The notes: generated by a model not told the origin, from the letters alone. A DNA stretch of 63,693 bases, filler included, from Craspedostauros australis (GCA_030167865.1; 7 parts of 7 records of this genome joined end to end with filler, not necessarily neighbours in it); one strand, 5' to 3'; shown: positions 46,272 to 59,534, counted from the whole stretch's first letter. Program-made: numbers and translations.

Positions 46272-49200
46272 ATGCAGATGCTCGCCGTCTCTGTTGTTGC
46301 CATGATGGCCATGATAGCCATGGTGGTCACGGTGACGATGGCTGCAAGTCCAGCAGAAGCAACAGTAACGGCAACGGCAACGGAACATCCGCAGGAAGTC
46401 ACCAAGCTGACCAGGAAGATGAGGAAGGCAGCCGACACCGACGCCTTTCCACCCGTCGCCCGCAGAGACCTGGAAGATGATGGAACGTGCATCAACACCA
46501 ACACCAACGGTCCAATTCCTATCAACCAGTACGCCATTCTGACCGTTCTCGCGCGTCCCAACACCCTTGTGGACAACGCTGAGGATGCCCGCACTCTGCT
46601 GGAGACCAACTTCGTTGATGCGTACAACGCCGTGGCCAGCTGCGCCCAGAATGGGGCTTTCTACACTCTCACTGCCATGTCCATCGTGAGGTCCAGCATT
46701 GGCTCCACCTTCATCGTCACTGATCCATCCGCGAACGGCGGCCGCAGGCTGGAGGATGTGGAAGAGGCCGAAGAGATCGACTTCCTCATCCTCATCGAAG
46801 GAGAGTGTGTCGGTTGTCCCGACATTGGCGGTGGCAGCGGGCCTGTCTTTATCGACCAGATCGATCCATCTATCCTGGATCAGACTCAGCGTCGCATGAT
46901 GCAGCTGTGGCAGCATCAGGAAGGGTCTTCCGGCAAGCCAGCTACTCATACAGGTGCAACTGCGAAACCTAGCGTCAAAGCCAATCATCAGACCCAGACC
47001 CAGACGCATGCAAACACAGATGCACAGGCAAACACAGATGTAGGTAACCACCATCCACGCAGAGGCAGCGGGGCAAAGGACACCAAGCAGCGTGGAGTGG
47101 AGAGATTCGCCCTGTACGGCCTCTCCGACAATCTGCGAGATGACAACGACGACGAAGACGCAATTGGACCCTCCGCTCCATCATCACCACCACGGGGAAA
47201 GCGCGGCCGCCTCAAGCCACGGCGATTCCTTGACGGTTCGGAGGAGCACACCCACAATGGCGTCTCCTTCTCCCTTCTGCACAGACGCTCGCTCAACACC
47301 GCGATGGCAAAGAACGACAATGGCAAGGACAAGGGCAGAAGTGGTAACGACAACAAGAAGACTAAGGCCAACGGCACCGGCGCTAGTGGAGAAGGGGATG
47401 GGGATGGCGAGACACCCGACGGACCAGCTCCCAAATCAATGCAGGGCGGCAAGGGCACCAAGGCATCCATGTTCTCAGAACCCACGTCGGCTCCAACTGA
47501 TTCCACCGATCTCAACGGACCAGCGCCTGGACCGGACACCACGGCAGCACCATCCGGGAAGGGCAGCAAGATGGGAGCACCTCCCTCCACGCCTTCCGAC
47601 TCGCAGAAGCAATCCAAGACGGGATCGCCCATGCCGGGAGGCACGAGCAACAACACCAAGATGTCCAAGTCGGGAAATGGTCCAAATGAGTGCATTTGCT
47701 TTCCACCAACCATCTCTGCCTTCGTCAACGAGTACGATGCCGTCATCCAAGCCACCAACTCTCCCACAGGCGGCAGACGTCTCCAGACCGCCACCACCAC
47801 TGGCATCGACGTCATCCTCTCTCTCGTCCTCGTGGACCCCTCCAGTGCATGCACCGCCGACGACTTCGAGACACGCACCGCCATCGTCCTCATCACCATC
47901 CAGATCGACACATCACTGTCTTCCACGGCCGGTGGTGGTCTCACAGACGGACAGGTGGAGCAGTTCGAGGAGGATCTCAAGAACGAATACAACGCGCAGA
48001 ACAGCGGCGCGCTCAACGACCAGTCCTGCGACCCCTTCTTCAGACGCGTCGCCAACGTCGAGCTGGTGCAGGTCGTCGAAGGCTACAGCCGCCGTCTCCA
48101 AGATTCCAACACGGATCCTTCATTCCACGGCCACCGCAACATGCAAACCTCGACTGACTTCAGCTCCTCTATTGGTGTCTCCACCTACATCTCAATCTAC
48201 ACCTTCTTTTGCTTCAGCTGCGAATCGGGCACGCTGCTCTACAACGACGTCGACTTTGTCACGGTTCGTCGCCGCCGTGCGCTCAACGAGGAAGGTAATC
48301 CCTACGATGACAGTGCTGACAACAGCAACGCTGACAACAGCAACATCGAACGCGAATATGGCTACTCATCCTGGACGGCCGAGGAGTTCACCCCATCTCA
48401 ACACCACGAGGAAGACCCACGCTTTGCCGACATCCTCAATGCTATCAACGCCCACAAGGCGAAGGAAAGTGCATATGCAAATGCAGGTGAAAATGCTGGA
48501 ACCAGAACCGGCTTCCAACCCGAAGACAGCCCATTCGGTCCGCCGCTCAATATCAACAACCATCGCCAGCTGCAGTCCGCCATCGCCCACCATCGCTCTC
48601 TGCAGGGTGACCCTGACGACACCATCAACCCAGACATCGACTGTCTCTGCAGTGCCAACGCAACGCAAGAAGGTGTCACGGAGCAGCAGATCCTCAACGC
48701 TCTCAACGAGACTCTCCAGATCAACAACACCGACCCCATTCTCTTCATCACCAACGTTCAGGAGGTGCAGGAGATCGACTGCTCCGACACCGTCGACGAC
48801 GAGCAGGTGTTCGACATTCGCATCGCCATCGAGCTCCTGGTCTGCGAGGACGATCAGCAGGTTTCACCTCTCTCCCTCGACGACCCTCGCGTCCCAGAGC
48901 TCGAGGCCACCTTCGCCACCACCTACAACGACCTGGTCGCCGAGAGATACTGCGATCCCTTCTTCCGCGTCATCAACAACGTCACCTTCACGGGCATCGT
49001 CACGGACGGATCCACGGTCGTGCCGGAGGAGATCAGCGGATCTATCGCCGTCAGTATCGAGGCCATCGTCACCCTGCGATGTCGTGGATGCGATCCGGCT
49101 GTCACCACGCTCTATACCGAGGGGCCCTTGCTCGCCACCATGTCAGGTGGTAGGCGTTCTCGCAAGATGCAATACACCGATCATGCCTCCAATCGTGGTG

Positions 49201-51839
49201 CTCACGATGGTGGTGACTATGATGGTACCAGTGATATTGGACATGGCATGGGTGACCTCATCAACGAACAGGTCAACGACCATCTTCGAAGTAGCATTAA
49301 TGCACATGGTGATGTCGACGGTGATGTCAACGGTGATGTCAACGGCAGCGACAGCGATGGTCATACTCGTGGTGATAGTGACAGTGATGATAGCACCAAC
49401 GTGCTCAAACGAACAGCCGCGGATGACAGACTCCACATCAACGACAATCGTGCCTGCACATCCAACAGCGTCACACATCCCTACGATACCACCACCACCT
49501 CCATCAGCTCTGCAGGCAGGGCCCTGGGCGCCCACTCCGCAACACGCGGCGGCGGCAGCGGTGACTCAAGAAAGCCAAGGAGGCCAAGAAGCCCCAGGAG
49601 GACAAACGAACTCACCGAAACCTGCTACTGCGACATCGCCCCTATCGCGGAACGATCGCCATCCGAGGCAGAGCTCATGGCGGTGTACAACATCAACGTG
49701 CAGGACCTCGGATTGGCCTGCATCGTTGGTGTCAATGAATGTCCACCTCGTGAACCCTTCACCACGGAACTCTACGTTCAGTTCACGGACACCAACTTTG
49801 GCAACCCGACCCCGGGCCAAACATCCCTCTCTTTCCAAGAGGTTGAAGATCTGGTCAATGCCGTCGTCCAGGTCTTCTTCAATCTCTACAACAGTACCGA
49901 CAGCGACAGCCAAGGCGATTGCGACCCCAGCTTCCGTGACCTCGCCACCGTCACCACGATCGTCAGCGTCCAGATCAACAACGAAGGAGAAACGTTCACC
50001 TTCAATTCAAATCGATTCCTCATGGATGAGGATTCGAAAACCATGCACCTGGACAGCGAGGGCAGGGATGACCTTGATTTCGATCGCAGCCAGCCGTACT
50101 TTGATGCCGCCATCCATGCCAACGGCCACGGTCACGGTCATAGAAAGCTGCAAACATCTGTCGATTTCAGTCAATACGATCCCAACAATCCAACGCTCTC
50201 CATACTGGTCACCGGGCTCGGAACCTGCATATTCTGCTCCTCGTACTTCGGCTTTGGAAATGACATCACAGAAACCTCCTTCGTCACTGTGAGAAAGCAG
50301 CGTCATCTCTTCGCGAGCGGTGAAGACAGCTTCGGCAGAGTCGGCAGCGCGAATTTCCTCGCAGATGCTGGCATGGGCATCCATGCCCGTACTGCCCCGA
50401 GCATGGCGACTGAGGATGTGACTGCGACTGCGGGCGAGACGAACGACCGCGCCGACTCTGGCATCCGATCCAGCAAGATCCCAAATTTCATGCACGAGTA
50501 TGATGGAGTTGCCAACCTCCGACGCCTACAGCCGGATATCGACACCGAAGGAGTCCGAGAAGATGAATCTCAGTGCTACTGCGGTGTCGGAACCAACCAG
50601 ATCATCGTCTTCAACGCCGACGACTTCCGCGACCAGATCGACGACGAAGTCGACCTCCCGCCCGACATCACCCTCGATGACGTCCAGCTGGTCCAGACGC
50701 AAGATTGCGAGGCGGAGACGAATGACTTCGTGCCGGAAGACCTGCAGCTCATGCTGCTGGTGGTGCCAGATGTGTCCGCCTCCGACCTGGAGAGCTTCTC
50801 CACCATCTTCGAGATGGTGTACAACGAGCTGGCGGCTCAGTACTGCGACATGCTCTTCCGACGCGTCCTCGTGGGAAGCGCGATCACCACCATCAACATC
50901 CCCGCCGGACAAACGCCGAATTCGGACGGATGCGTTCTCGGTGACACCACCATGGAGACCAACGGAAGATGCCGTGGATGCGGTGATGGCACGCCGTTGG
51001 TGGACGAAGATCCTTCTGCGACGTCCCCCGCCACCGGAGGTGCCGGAAGACGATCCCTGCAGCAGCTCCAGACCGAGCTGGATCTGGATCGCGAGTTCAA
51101 CGTGGACCTTGCTGGCCGTCCCCGCCATCGTCGCATGCAAACCGAAGACACGTGCTTCTGTGCCGTGGACGCGATTCCTGACAGAGGCCCCTTCCTGCTG
51201 GAGCTCTACGCTGCTCTCAACAGCAAGCTCACGGAGATGGGCGTGGAGAGCATCTGCGGACTGACGGATGAGATCATCGACATCCTGCCACCGACGGACG
51301 TGCCAACTTCCAGGCCGACCAGCAACCCCACCGTGCTGGCATCGTCGGCTCCGACGGCGGTCCCGACCGCCCAACCAACCAGCGTTCCAACTTCCGCTCC
51401 AACATCGGCACCCACGGATGTACCAACTACCCAGCCAACGAGTAATCCGACCAACATTCCAACTGCCCTTCCAACACCAGCGCCGACGGTCTCGCCAAGC
51501 GCCCTGCCGACAAATGTGCCAACCACCCAGCCAACGAGCGTGCCCACCCCAGAGACGCCCAATCCAATAGAACAACCCACGAGCGCACCTACAGATTTGC
51601 CAACCACCCAGCCAACGAGCAATCCGACCAGTACCCCAACGAGCGCACCTACGGATGCACCGACGTCCCAGCCAACGAGCGCACCTACGGATGCACCGAC
51701 ATCCCAGCCAACGAGTGCACCGACTAGTCGACCAACTTCTCGACCAACAAGCGCACCGACGAGCAATCCAACGAGCAGTCCAACAAGAAGGCCGACCCGT
51801 ATGCCGGTGACCAGCAATCCAACGTCTCGGCCAACAGAC
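46272..51839 (+). CDS. Giant secreted modular protein (>1850 aa, 3'-truncated): signal peptide, five Cys modules, many RxL motifs, Lys-rich segment, Pro/Thr tail
   Basis: Uninterrupted ORF starting MQMLAVSVVAMMAMIAMVVTVTMAA. YN...CDPFFR-like cores at ~48027, 48951, 49920 and 50844, plus a divergent first module at ~46640. Confidence 0.9.
51290..51839 (+). repeat. Coding PTxx tetrapeptide repeat (PTSAPTSQPT...), runs into the contig end
   Basis: Degenerate 12-bp periodicity visible in the translation. Confidence 0.9.
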
Positions 51840-51939
51840 NNNNNNNNNNNNNNNNNNNNNNNNNNNNNNNNNNNNNNNNNNNNTTAATTAATTAANNNNN
51901 NNNNNNNNNNNNNNNNNNNNNNNNNNNNNNNNNNNNNNN
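51840..51939. other. Artificial contig spacer
   Basis: N-run + TTAATTAATTAA + N-run. Confidence 0.98.
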
Positions 51940-54209
51940 TTCTGTGCAATCTTCCTGTGCCCCACACGCATGTTGATCCGAATTGCGTATCATCTTCAGC
52001 ACATCATCGGCACGTCCGAAACCGAAGACTTTCATCACCGTCAGAGTTGCCTTTTTGTTCCTTTGTCGAGAGAGCAAGAGAGAGTTGATGTGTTGGTTGT
52101 GTGTGGTTGTGCTCCTGTTGTTGTTTCAGTGGAAAACGATGGAGCCGTTTCGTTCGGGAACACCAGCGTCTGGGGGAAACGGACACGGGGCTCGTTTAAC
52201 TCGTATTGATCGATTCGGCGGCCCTACCTTCGATGTCGCTACACAACTGATCTGAATCAGAGAGAGATAGAGCAGCTGTTCTCGTTACCATTATGCGATA
52301 CATGTATGTATGGTATTATGCATTAGAGTAGTCCACATTCACAAGTACAGGCCCCAGCTTCAGCGCGTAGCTTGCATTCTCCTGCACTCTCTTGGCATTA
52401 TTCAGTACAAATACGCAATGGGACATCTGTCGAGTACGATGTCGATAGGATTCTTCCCAGGAGCCAAAGGAAACCCAGTCTTGGGCAAAACAAGATCAGC
52501 AGAAGCACCAACAGCACCAATGCAGCCACCAGAATATAATGCTACTACTCCATGTCATTCAACATTGCTGAGTGGGGTAGGTGGAAATCCAACTCAAGCT
52601 ACAATACAATCTGAGTCGGGTATGTATGGCATCGCAGAACAGTGATCCCAACACTCTCAGATACAAGAGGGAGAACATACAATACTTGTCTGATACTCGC
52701 TGGAAGATCTTCGAAGGGTTGCTGGTTGCAAAAGACTGCTTCCATGTGGTGCCATCGTGGTGGTGGTCCGTTGCGGTATCTATTCAGCAAGTATTGTGGA
52801 GACTGGTAAATTGATACTTGCTCGCTGAAAGACGTTGTCGTGCCTACTACACAACAGGCGTGATAGGCCGGGGAGACCTTGCCACACGCACGCACAAGTG
52901 CAATGAAAGCCCTACTTCTCTACGATAGTGCTATGACTATGTAAGATGCTGCTGCTGATGTTGTTCGCCAAGCTGTGGTCCGAGAGATTGTGTCTCTGTG
53001 CCTCTTTTACGCGGAGGAAGGACCATGCTGCTGAAGCACCCTAAATCACACCTTCCATGGCCTGTGTTGCTTGACACCCATACTCAACCTCGCACTTGCA
53101 CTCGTACTTTAATGGACATCTCTCTCTCGGGGTCGCGATGGCCATCTTGGTGGACCGACGTACGGCGGGACTCCAGCGACAACTCCGACCCAGACGATCA
53201 GATGACCCTTCCTGAACAAGAATTACTGTTCGTCCATCCAAACATTGCTTGTGCAACGTCGGCTTGTTGTTCTCGCCTCTGTTCGGACCAGCAGGAAAGT
53301 ATGAGTCGTATTATACGAGCTACAATACGAGGCCACATTGATCGTCGCATTCCTCGGCCTGAGTGGTGGCCGATCGCGAGGCGTCTCTATCGTCTCAAGT
53401 CTTTGGTCGTTCTGCGCGATCGATGTTGAGTCTTTCACAGGTGTTCACAATTCAGCGGCTGAGCAGTTGGGAATTTGTGAGCTGCGATCTGCGTGGAGCT
53501 TCGAACAGGAGGGACAGGGGGAGAGATCAACTCTCGAACATCCATTCTACACTTGCGCGCCAACACCGAGAACACAAAGCGCTTATTCTGCCATCAAATT
53601 GTTATCGACCCGAACAGCTCCTTTCCACCTTTTGCCAATAGTCGTAAAGACCGAACCGTGCTAGCGCGCTCAATTCTTACGTTGCTCTTATCGGTATTGA
53701 CAACAAGAGAACAGCGCCACAAAACAGAAGGTGGAGGAATGGTGCCCAGTTCGCGCGTACGACCATTTCTGTCTTTTGTTCTTAGTCGTATCACTTCTTA
53801 ATCGTGGATAAACGAGACGACCACAACGCAAGAACGGTTGCCTTCGAGCCACGACGCTACATTTATTCTCGCCTATGACGATTATTCCCCCAAAACGAAT
53901 CAATCTTGCTGCCCCTGCGGCACTGAAAATATCATAGAGAAGCAACGCCAGTTGTGACGAAAAGCTTGCATTCGCTGCGAACCAAACCACAAGACCGGAT
54001 TTACACCTCCCCGCTCGCCAGCATCCTCCCACCAACATCGACACCAACATCGACATCACATCACCAGCAAAGAGAGAGAGAGAGTCAAACCAACATGGTG
54101 AGTGGACAAGACAATCCATCTTCACATGCACCTTTGCCACACCAGCCTCCGCATCAGTCTCCGTCGCTCTGGCACTTTCCAACTCCCACAATCAACAAGA
54201 GAATCCAAG

Positions 54210-54359
54210 ATGACGTCCAACCCCACCGCCGCAGCTCCAGTTGCTGCACCTGCGCACTTTGACGACCAACCTTTGATGCAGCAGTGTGATATTGGTTCCA
54301 GATGTCAGCACTGTGAGACCGGCGTGTGCAGTGGTGAGATCGTGGGCTCTGGTTTGGAG
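54210..54359 (+). CDS. Possible first exon of a Cys-containing protein truncated by the contig end
   Basis: ATG after a CAA-rich leader, 50 codons (…CDIGSRCQHCETGVC…), then GAG|GTAAAT donor-like site and T-rich sequence. Confidence 0.3.
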
Positions 54360-54508
54360 GTAAATTGGCAATCGTTAGTTGTCGATTTAGTTGGTTTGCG
54401 TTGTTGAGTTGATTGAACTCTCGAATTTATGAGATGATGACGAGATGTTGTTCTGTCAGAATGCAAGTTGCAGGGTCAGCAGCATCTCCCGTGTAATTCG
54501 TCGTGATC

Positions 54509-54608
54509 NNNNNNNNNNNNNNNNNNNNNNNNNNNNNNNNNNNNNNNNNNNNTTAATTAATTAANNNNNNNNNNNNNNNNNNNNNNNNNNNNNNNNNNNN
54601 NNNNNNNN
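54509..54608. other. Artificial contig spacer
   Basis: N-run + TTAATTAATTAA + N-run. Confidence 0.98.
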
Positions 54609-55970
54609 TCTGAGAGAGAACAACAACGGTTTCTCCGCTAACCGATGTCCAAGTCGAAGAAAATGACGAGTCGCGCTCATGTGCGACCGAAAGCAAAACA
54701 CCTATAGCACGGACTACTGTGGGAGATTTCTCAACTCAAGCCCTCATAACTTATCAGAGATAATTTCTTGCAATTCAAGGAAGGTCAGGCCGTAACTTTC
54801 TCACAGAGAGGAACGACATAAACAATTTATCAGGAAATCTGAGAGGGTTTCCCGAGAAAGGTGTCACATTTTCGCTGCGGCGTGTCTCGAACGTTCCAAA
54901 TTTGTGTTCCATGCGCCAACTTGAGTTCCAGCTCTCGCTTTGTGTTTTCTCTGTGTGTTCACCGATGAAATTGTTGCGAGGATCGCGCGTGAGGCGCGAA
55001 CCCGCAAATGCAAATTTGGGGCAATCCCTTGCCGACACGAAAAGGATTGTGGCAATTGTGGTTCCCCACGACGTCTTTGGTCAACCCACTCGCGCGAGGG
55101 CCATACCACACCACACAGCACTCCACCAGCATGCATCGAGTTGTACTCTGCCGTGCACTTTCCCCACCTTATTGGTAGGTCGGACTCGATCGCAGCTTCG
55201 CACATCGTCGTCACCAAAAGCAAAAGCAAAGCAAACACGTCGAAGAGCGACCTTCTCTTCTCACAAAACTTGATTATCTCACAATCAAAACCGACCAGCA
55301 AATACAGCCAGCTGCACAACAAACAAACGGTAAGACAAGATGCAGCACTCCGCCCTCAATGGCAACTGCCGCTGCCTCCGTGGCTGTAGCAAGTCGTCAT
55401 TCCAATGACAATCACAGCCATCATGGCGGCGCCGGCAATGGCAGCAGCGCCATGACAGTAGGACTTCAACATCGCAGACGTCCACACGGTGGCGCAGACC
55501 ATCGCGGCGCAGACCATAGTGGTGAGGGGCACCAAGGACCAACATGATGATTGGCGGGGCGAAGCTATCAAGCAACAATCGCGACGATCCCATCGACCCT
55601 CATCACTGTGGCACGCACCTGTACCGGCAAGAAATAATCGTGGACTTCTCGCCCGACCGTCCCTTGGTGCCCGCTTCGCTTGATTCGTCGCCAAAACCAC
55701 CATGTGTCACAGACACAACGAAGTTGAAGTTCTGTTGGCCGTGGCATGCCGCACCACGCAACGACAACGCGCGGCGACATGATGAAACTCGCCACGCCCA
55801 TCGGACTCCAACCAACACAGAGCAGATCACAAACGCTGTCGGCGCCACATCCACATATGCCATCACGTTCCAACCTCTTTGCTCACACCAATCGACTTGC
55901 TTCTATATCTCTCATTTACCCATCTGACGACGGCCGCAACTCGCGTGCTCACGACAAACGAACAAATACA
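54609..55970 (+). repeat. 1362-bp segment duplicated in inverted orientation at 57835-59196 (probable contig overlap)
   Basis: Ends match (54609<->59196; 55970<->57835) and the ORF translations are mirrored identically. Confidence 0.95.
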
Positions 55971-56021
55971 GACATCAACGTCCGAAACCTCACAAGCTAA
56001 CCAAACCAAACAACCAACGCA

Positions 56022-57734
56022 ATGAAGTTCGCAGCCAGCTCCCTCATCTTGGCCCATATCGCCACCACCGCCACCGCCGACGAGAAGGTCGTCGCCAACG
56101 TACGCATCCCAGCCAACAAGGAAGAAAAGGTCGCCGGAAACAGCAAGCTCTCCTGGACTTACTACGGAAACAATGAGAGAAAGATCGAGGAGGTCACCAG
56201 CATCACCAAGAAGCTCCGCCGCATCAGCGAGTACACCGCGACAAGCCCTCCTTCCGAATACGAATCTAAGTATGAAAAGGGCAAGGGCAAAGGCGACAAA
56301 CAAGTCAAAGGCGATGGCAAAGGCAAAGGCAAAGGCGACGGAAAACCCATATGCAACGGCAAAGGCGAAGGAAAAGGCAAAGGAAAAGGCAAAGGCGGCA
56401 TGAAGACCAATAAGAACAATACCACCGACATGCCCGCTGCCCCAACCTGTATCTCGCCAACCAGCGCTCCGACATCGGCGCCAACCGTGAGCCCAACCAG
56501 CGCACCAACCAGCGCCCCAACTTCTGCACCAACTTCCGCACCAACAAATGCCCCAACCAGCGCCCCAGCTTCTGCACCAACTGTCACGACTTCCGCACCA
56601 ACAAATGCCCCAACATCCGCACCAACCGGCGCCCCAACTTCGGCACCCACCCATACCCCAACATCGGCTCCAACCAGCGCCCCCACATCCGCACCAACAT
56701 CGGCTCCAACCAGCGCTCCCACATCCGCACCAACTTTTGCACCAACAAATGCCCCAACATCCGCACCAACTTCTGCACCAACAAATGCCCCAACATCCGC
56801 ACCAACTGTCGACAAAATCGGCCCCTTCGTGGACGCGATCGAACTACTGGGCCCCGAAGACGAAGGCGCTCTCCTCGCCGCCATCGAGAGCAAGGACGAC
56901 CTCGTCGGTATCTTCGCCAACCAGGCCACCCTCGATGACGCTCTCGACCTCTACAACGCCATCAGCACAAAGACCGGTGTTTTCGAGGCATTCACTGCCG
57001 CACTCGCCGCTGACGGAGATATGTTCACCGGAACTGACGCCGACGCCATCGCCTGGTGCGCCGAAGGAGGACGACCCTGCTGCACTGGAACCAACGCTTG
57101 CTCTTGGGTGGGCATTGCATCCATCGCATCCAACAGCTGCATTGGAACTACGGCCTGCAGCAGCCTCGAGCCCCAGAGCATCATCTTCCAGGGATCCTGC
57201 ATCAGCGGCCCCGGCCCCACTGACGACAACGCCTGTGCGTACTTCAACTTCAACTCCGGAACCTTCAAGGCCTCCGTTGTGGCTCCAGGATCATGCCAGG
57301 GAGACAATTCGTGCTACGCCTTCGCCCAGCAGTCCAATGGTGATGCCATCGTCGGCGCAGGTTCCTGCACCGGAACCGGTGCGTGTGCTGCGATGGGTGC
57401 TGGACCAACCAGCTACGCCACCGTCACACCAACCCAGGGCAACGGCACCACCGACAACAAACGTGTCTCCGACACTATCGTCGGGGCCGGATCCTGCACC
57501 AACAACAATTCGTGCTCTTACGTCAATGCCCACGTCAGCGACACTAACGTCTCCCCGGCCATCCCATTTAACCAGTTCGAGGGATCCACCAGGATTGGCG
57601 ATGGCACCTGCGTGTCAGCCAACTCTTGCCGATACTTGGGCTACCAGTTCTACTGGAGCGCCGACATCAACCTCTCCGATGGCGTGTGCAACGACACACC
57701 TGTTGTGCCCTACTCCGGATGTAGCTACTGCTAC
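56022..57734 (+). CDS. Secreted mucin-like protein: signal peptide, KG-rich segment, ~30 PTSA repeats, Cys-repeat domain (3'-truncated)
   Basis: MKFAASSLILAHIATTATA; KGKGKGDK tract; PTSA array ~56442-56808; repeated SCxGxxAC units (SCIGTTAC, SCQGDNSC, SCTGTGAC, SCTNNNSC, TCVSANSC). Confidence 0.9.
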
Positions 57735-57834
57735 NNNNNNNNNNNNNNNNNNNNNNNNNNNNNNNNNNNNNNNNNNNNTTAATTAATTAANNNNNNNNNN
57801 NNNNNNNNNNNNNNNNNNNNNNNNNNNNNNNNNN
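57735..57834. other. Artificial contig spacer
   Basis: N-run + TTAATTAATTAA + N-run. Confidence 0.98.
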
Positions 57835-59196
57835 TGTATTTGTTCGTTTGTCGTGAGCACGCGAGTTGCGGCCGTCGTCAGATGGGTAAATGAGAGATAT
57901 AGAAGCAAGTCGATTGGTGTGAGCAAAGAGGTTGGAACGTGATGGCATATGTGGATGTGGCGCCGACAGCGTTTGTGATCTGCTCTGTGTTGGTTGGAGT
58001 CCGATGGGCGTGGCGAGTTTCATCATGTCGCCGCGCGTTGTCGTTGCGTGGTGCGGCATGCCACGGCCAACAGAACTTCAACTTCGTTGTGTCTGTGACA
58101 CATGGTGGTTTTGGCGACGAATCAAGCGAAGCGGGCACCAAGGGACGGTCGGGCGAGAAGTCCACGATTATTTCTTGCCGGTACAGGTGCGTGCCACAGT
58201 GATGAGGGTCGATGGGATCGTCGCGATTGTTGCTTGATAGCTTCGCCCCGCCAATCATCATGTTGGTCCTTGGTGCCCCTCACCACTATGGTCTGCGCCG
58301 CGATGGTCTGCGCCACCGTGTGGACGTCTGCGATGTTGAAGTCCTACTGTCATGGCGCTGCTGCCATTGCCGGCGCCGCCATGATGGCTGTGATTGTCAT
58401 TGGAATGACGACTTGCTACAGCCACGGAGGCAGCGGCAGTTGCCATTGAGGGCGGAGTGCTGCATCTTGTCTTACCGTTTGTTTGTTGTGCAGCTGGCTG
58501 TATTTGCTGGTCGGTTTTGATTGTGAGATAATCAAGTTTTGTGAGAAGAGAAGGTCGCTCTTCGACGTGTTTGCTTTGCTTTTGCTTTTGGTGACGACGA
58601 TGTGCGAAGCTGCGATCGAGTCCGACCTACCAATAAGGTGGGGAAAGTGCACGGCAGAGTACAACTCGATGCATGCTGGTGGAGTGCTGTGTGGTGTGGT
58701 ATGGCCCTCGCGCGAGTGGGTTGACCAAAGACGTCGTGGGGAACCACAATTGCCACAATCCTTTTCGTGTCGGCAAGGGATTGCCCCAAATTTGCATTTG
58801 CGGGTTCGCGCCTCACGCGCGATCCTCGCAACAATTTCATCGGTGAACACACAGAGAAAACACAAAGCGAGAGCTGGAACTCAAGTTGGCGCATGGAACA
58901 CAAATTTGGAACGTTCGAGACACGCCGCAGCGAAAATGTGACACCTTTCTCGGGAAACCCTCTCAGATTTCCTGATAAATTGTTTATGTCGTTCCTCTCT
59001 GTGAGAAAGTTACGGCCTGACCTTCCTTGAATTGCAAGAAATTATCTCTGATAAGTTATGAGGGCTTGAGTTGAGAAATCTCCCACAGTAGTCCGTGCTA
59101 TAGGTGTTTTGCTTTCGGTCGCACATGAGCGCGACTCGTCATTTTCTTCGACTTGGACATCGGTTAGCGGAGAAACCGTTGTTGTTCTCTCTCAGA
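57835..59196 (-). repeat. Inverted copy of 54609-55970
   Basis: Reverse-complement match at both ends. Confidence 0.95.
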
Positions 59197-59534
59197 TGGG
59201 CTCACAACAATGCGCTCGAAGCCGCCCTCGGACGTGTCTACAGCTGTGCGAACGAGCAGGTGTCTTTTCTGCGACAAGAAGGTCTCCGCCTCCGTTTACC
59301 TTGACTCCGAATGCCCGTTAAATGGGCACTGATGTCAACTGCGATTGAAGTCTGCTTGAGCCACTTTCAGAGTCGAAGATGGAGCATCAGAAACCATGAA
59401 GACACTTCGTATGCAGGATGGATCCGTCGCATCGCGTTGTGATGTGTGGCAGGTTGTCCCACTGTGTTGCTGTTGCTTCGCATCATGAAAATGACATTGG
59501 CTTACTTCAGCCCGCGTCCTTGTCTGTTCCTTCG

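Noticed and set aside
47092..50292. 1066-aa alternative-frame ORF, and long antisense ORFs such as 3073-4197, 8911-9768, 27213-28577, 28883-29932 and 50526-51575
   Set aside because: Shadows of real genes caused by codon bias; S/T/R/P-rich with no motifs.
52420..52540. VEYDVDRIL resembling a chromodomain start of a Gypsy remnant
   Set aside because: No downstream chromodomain residues and the frame soon closes; insufficient support.
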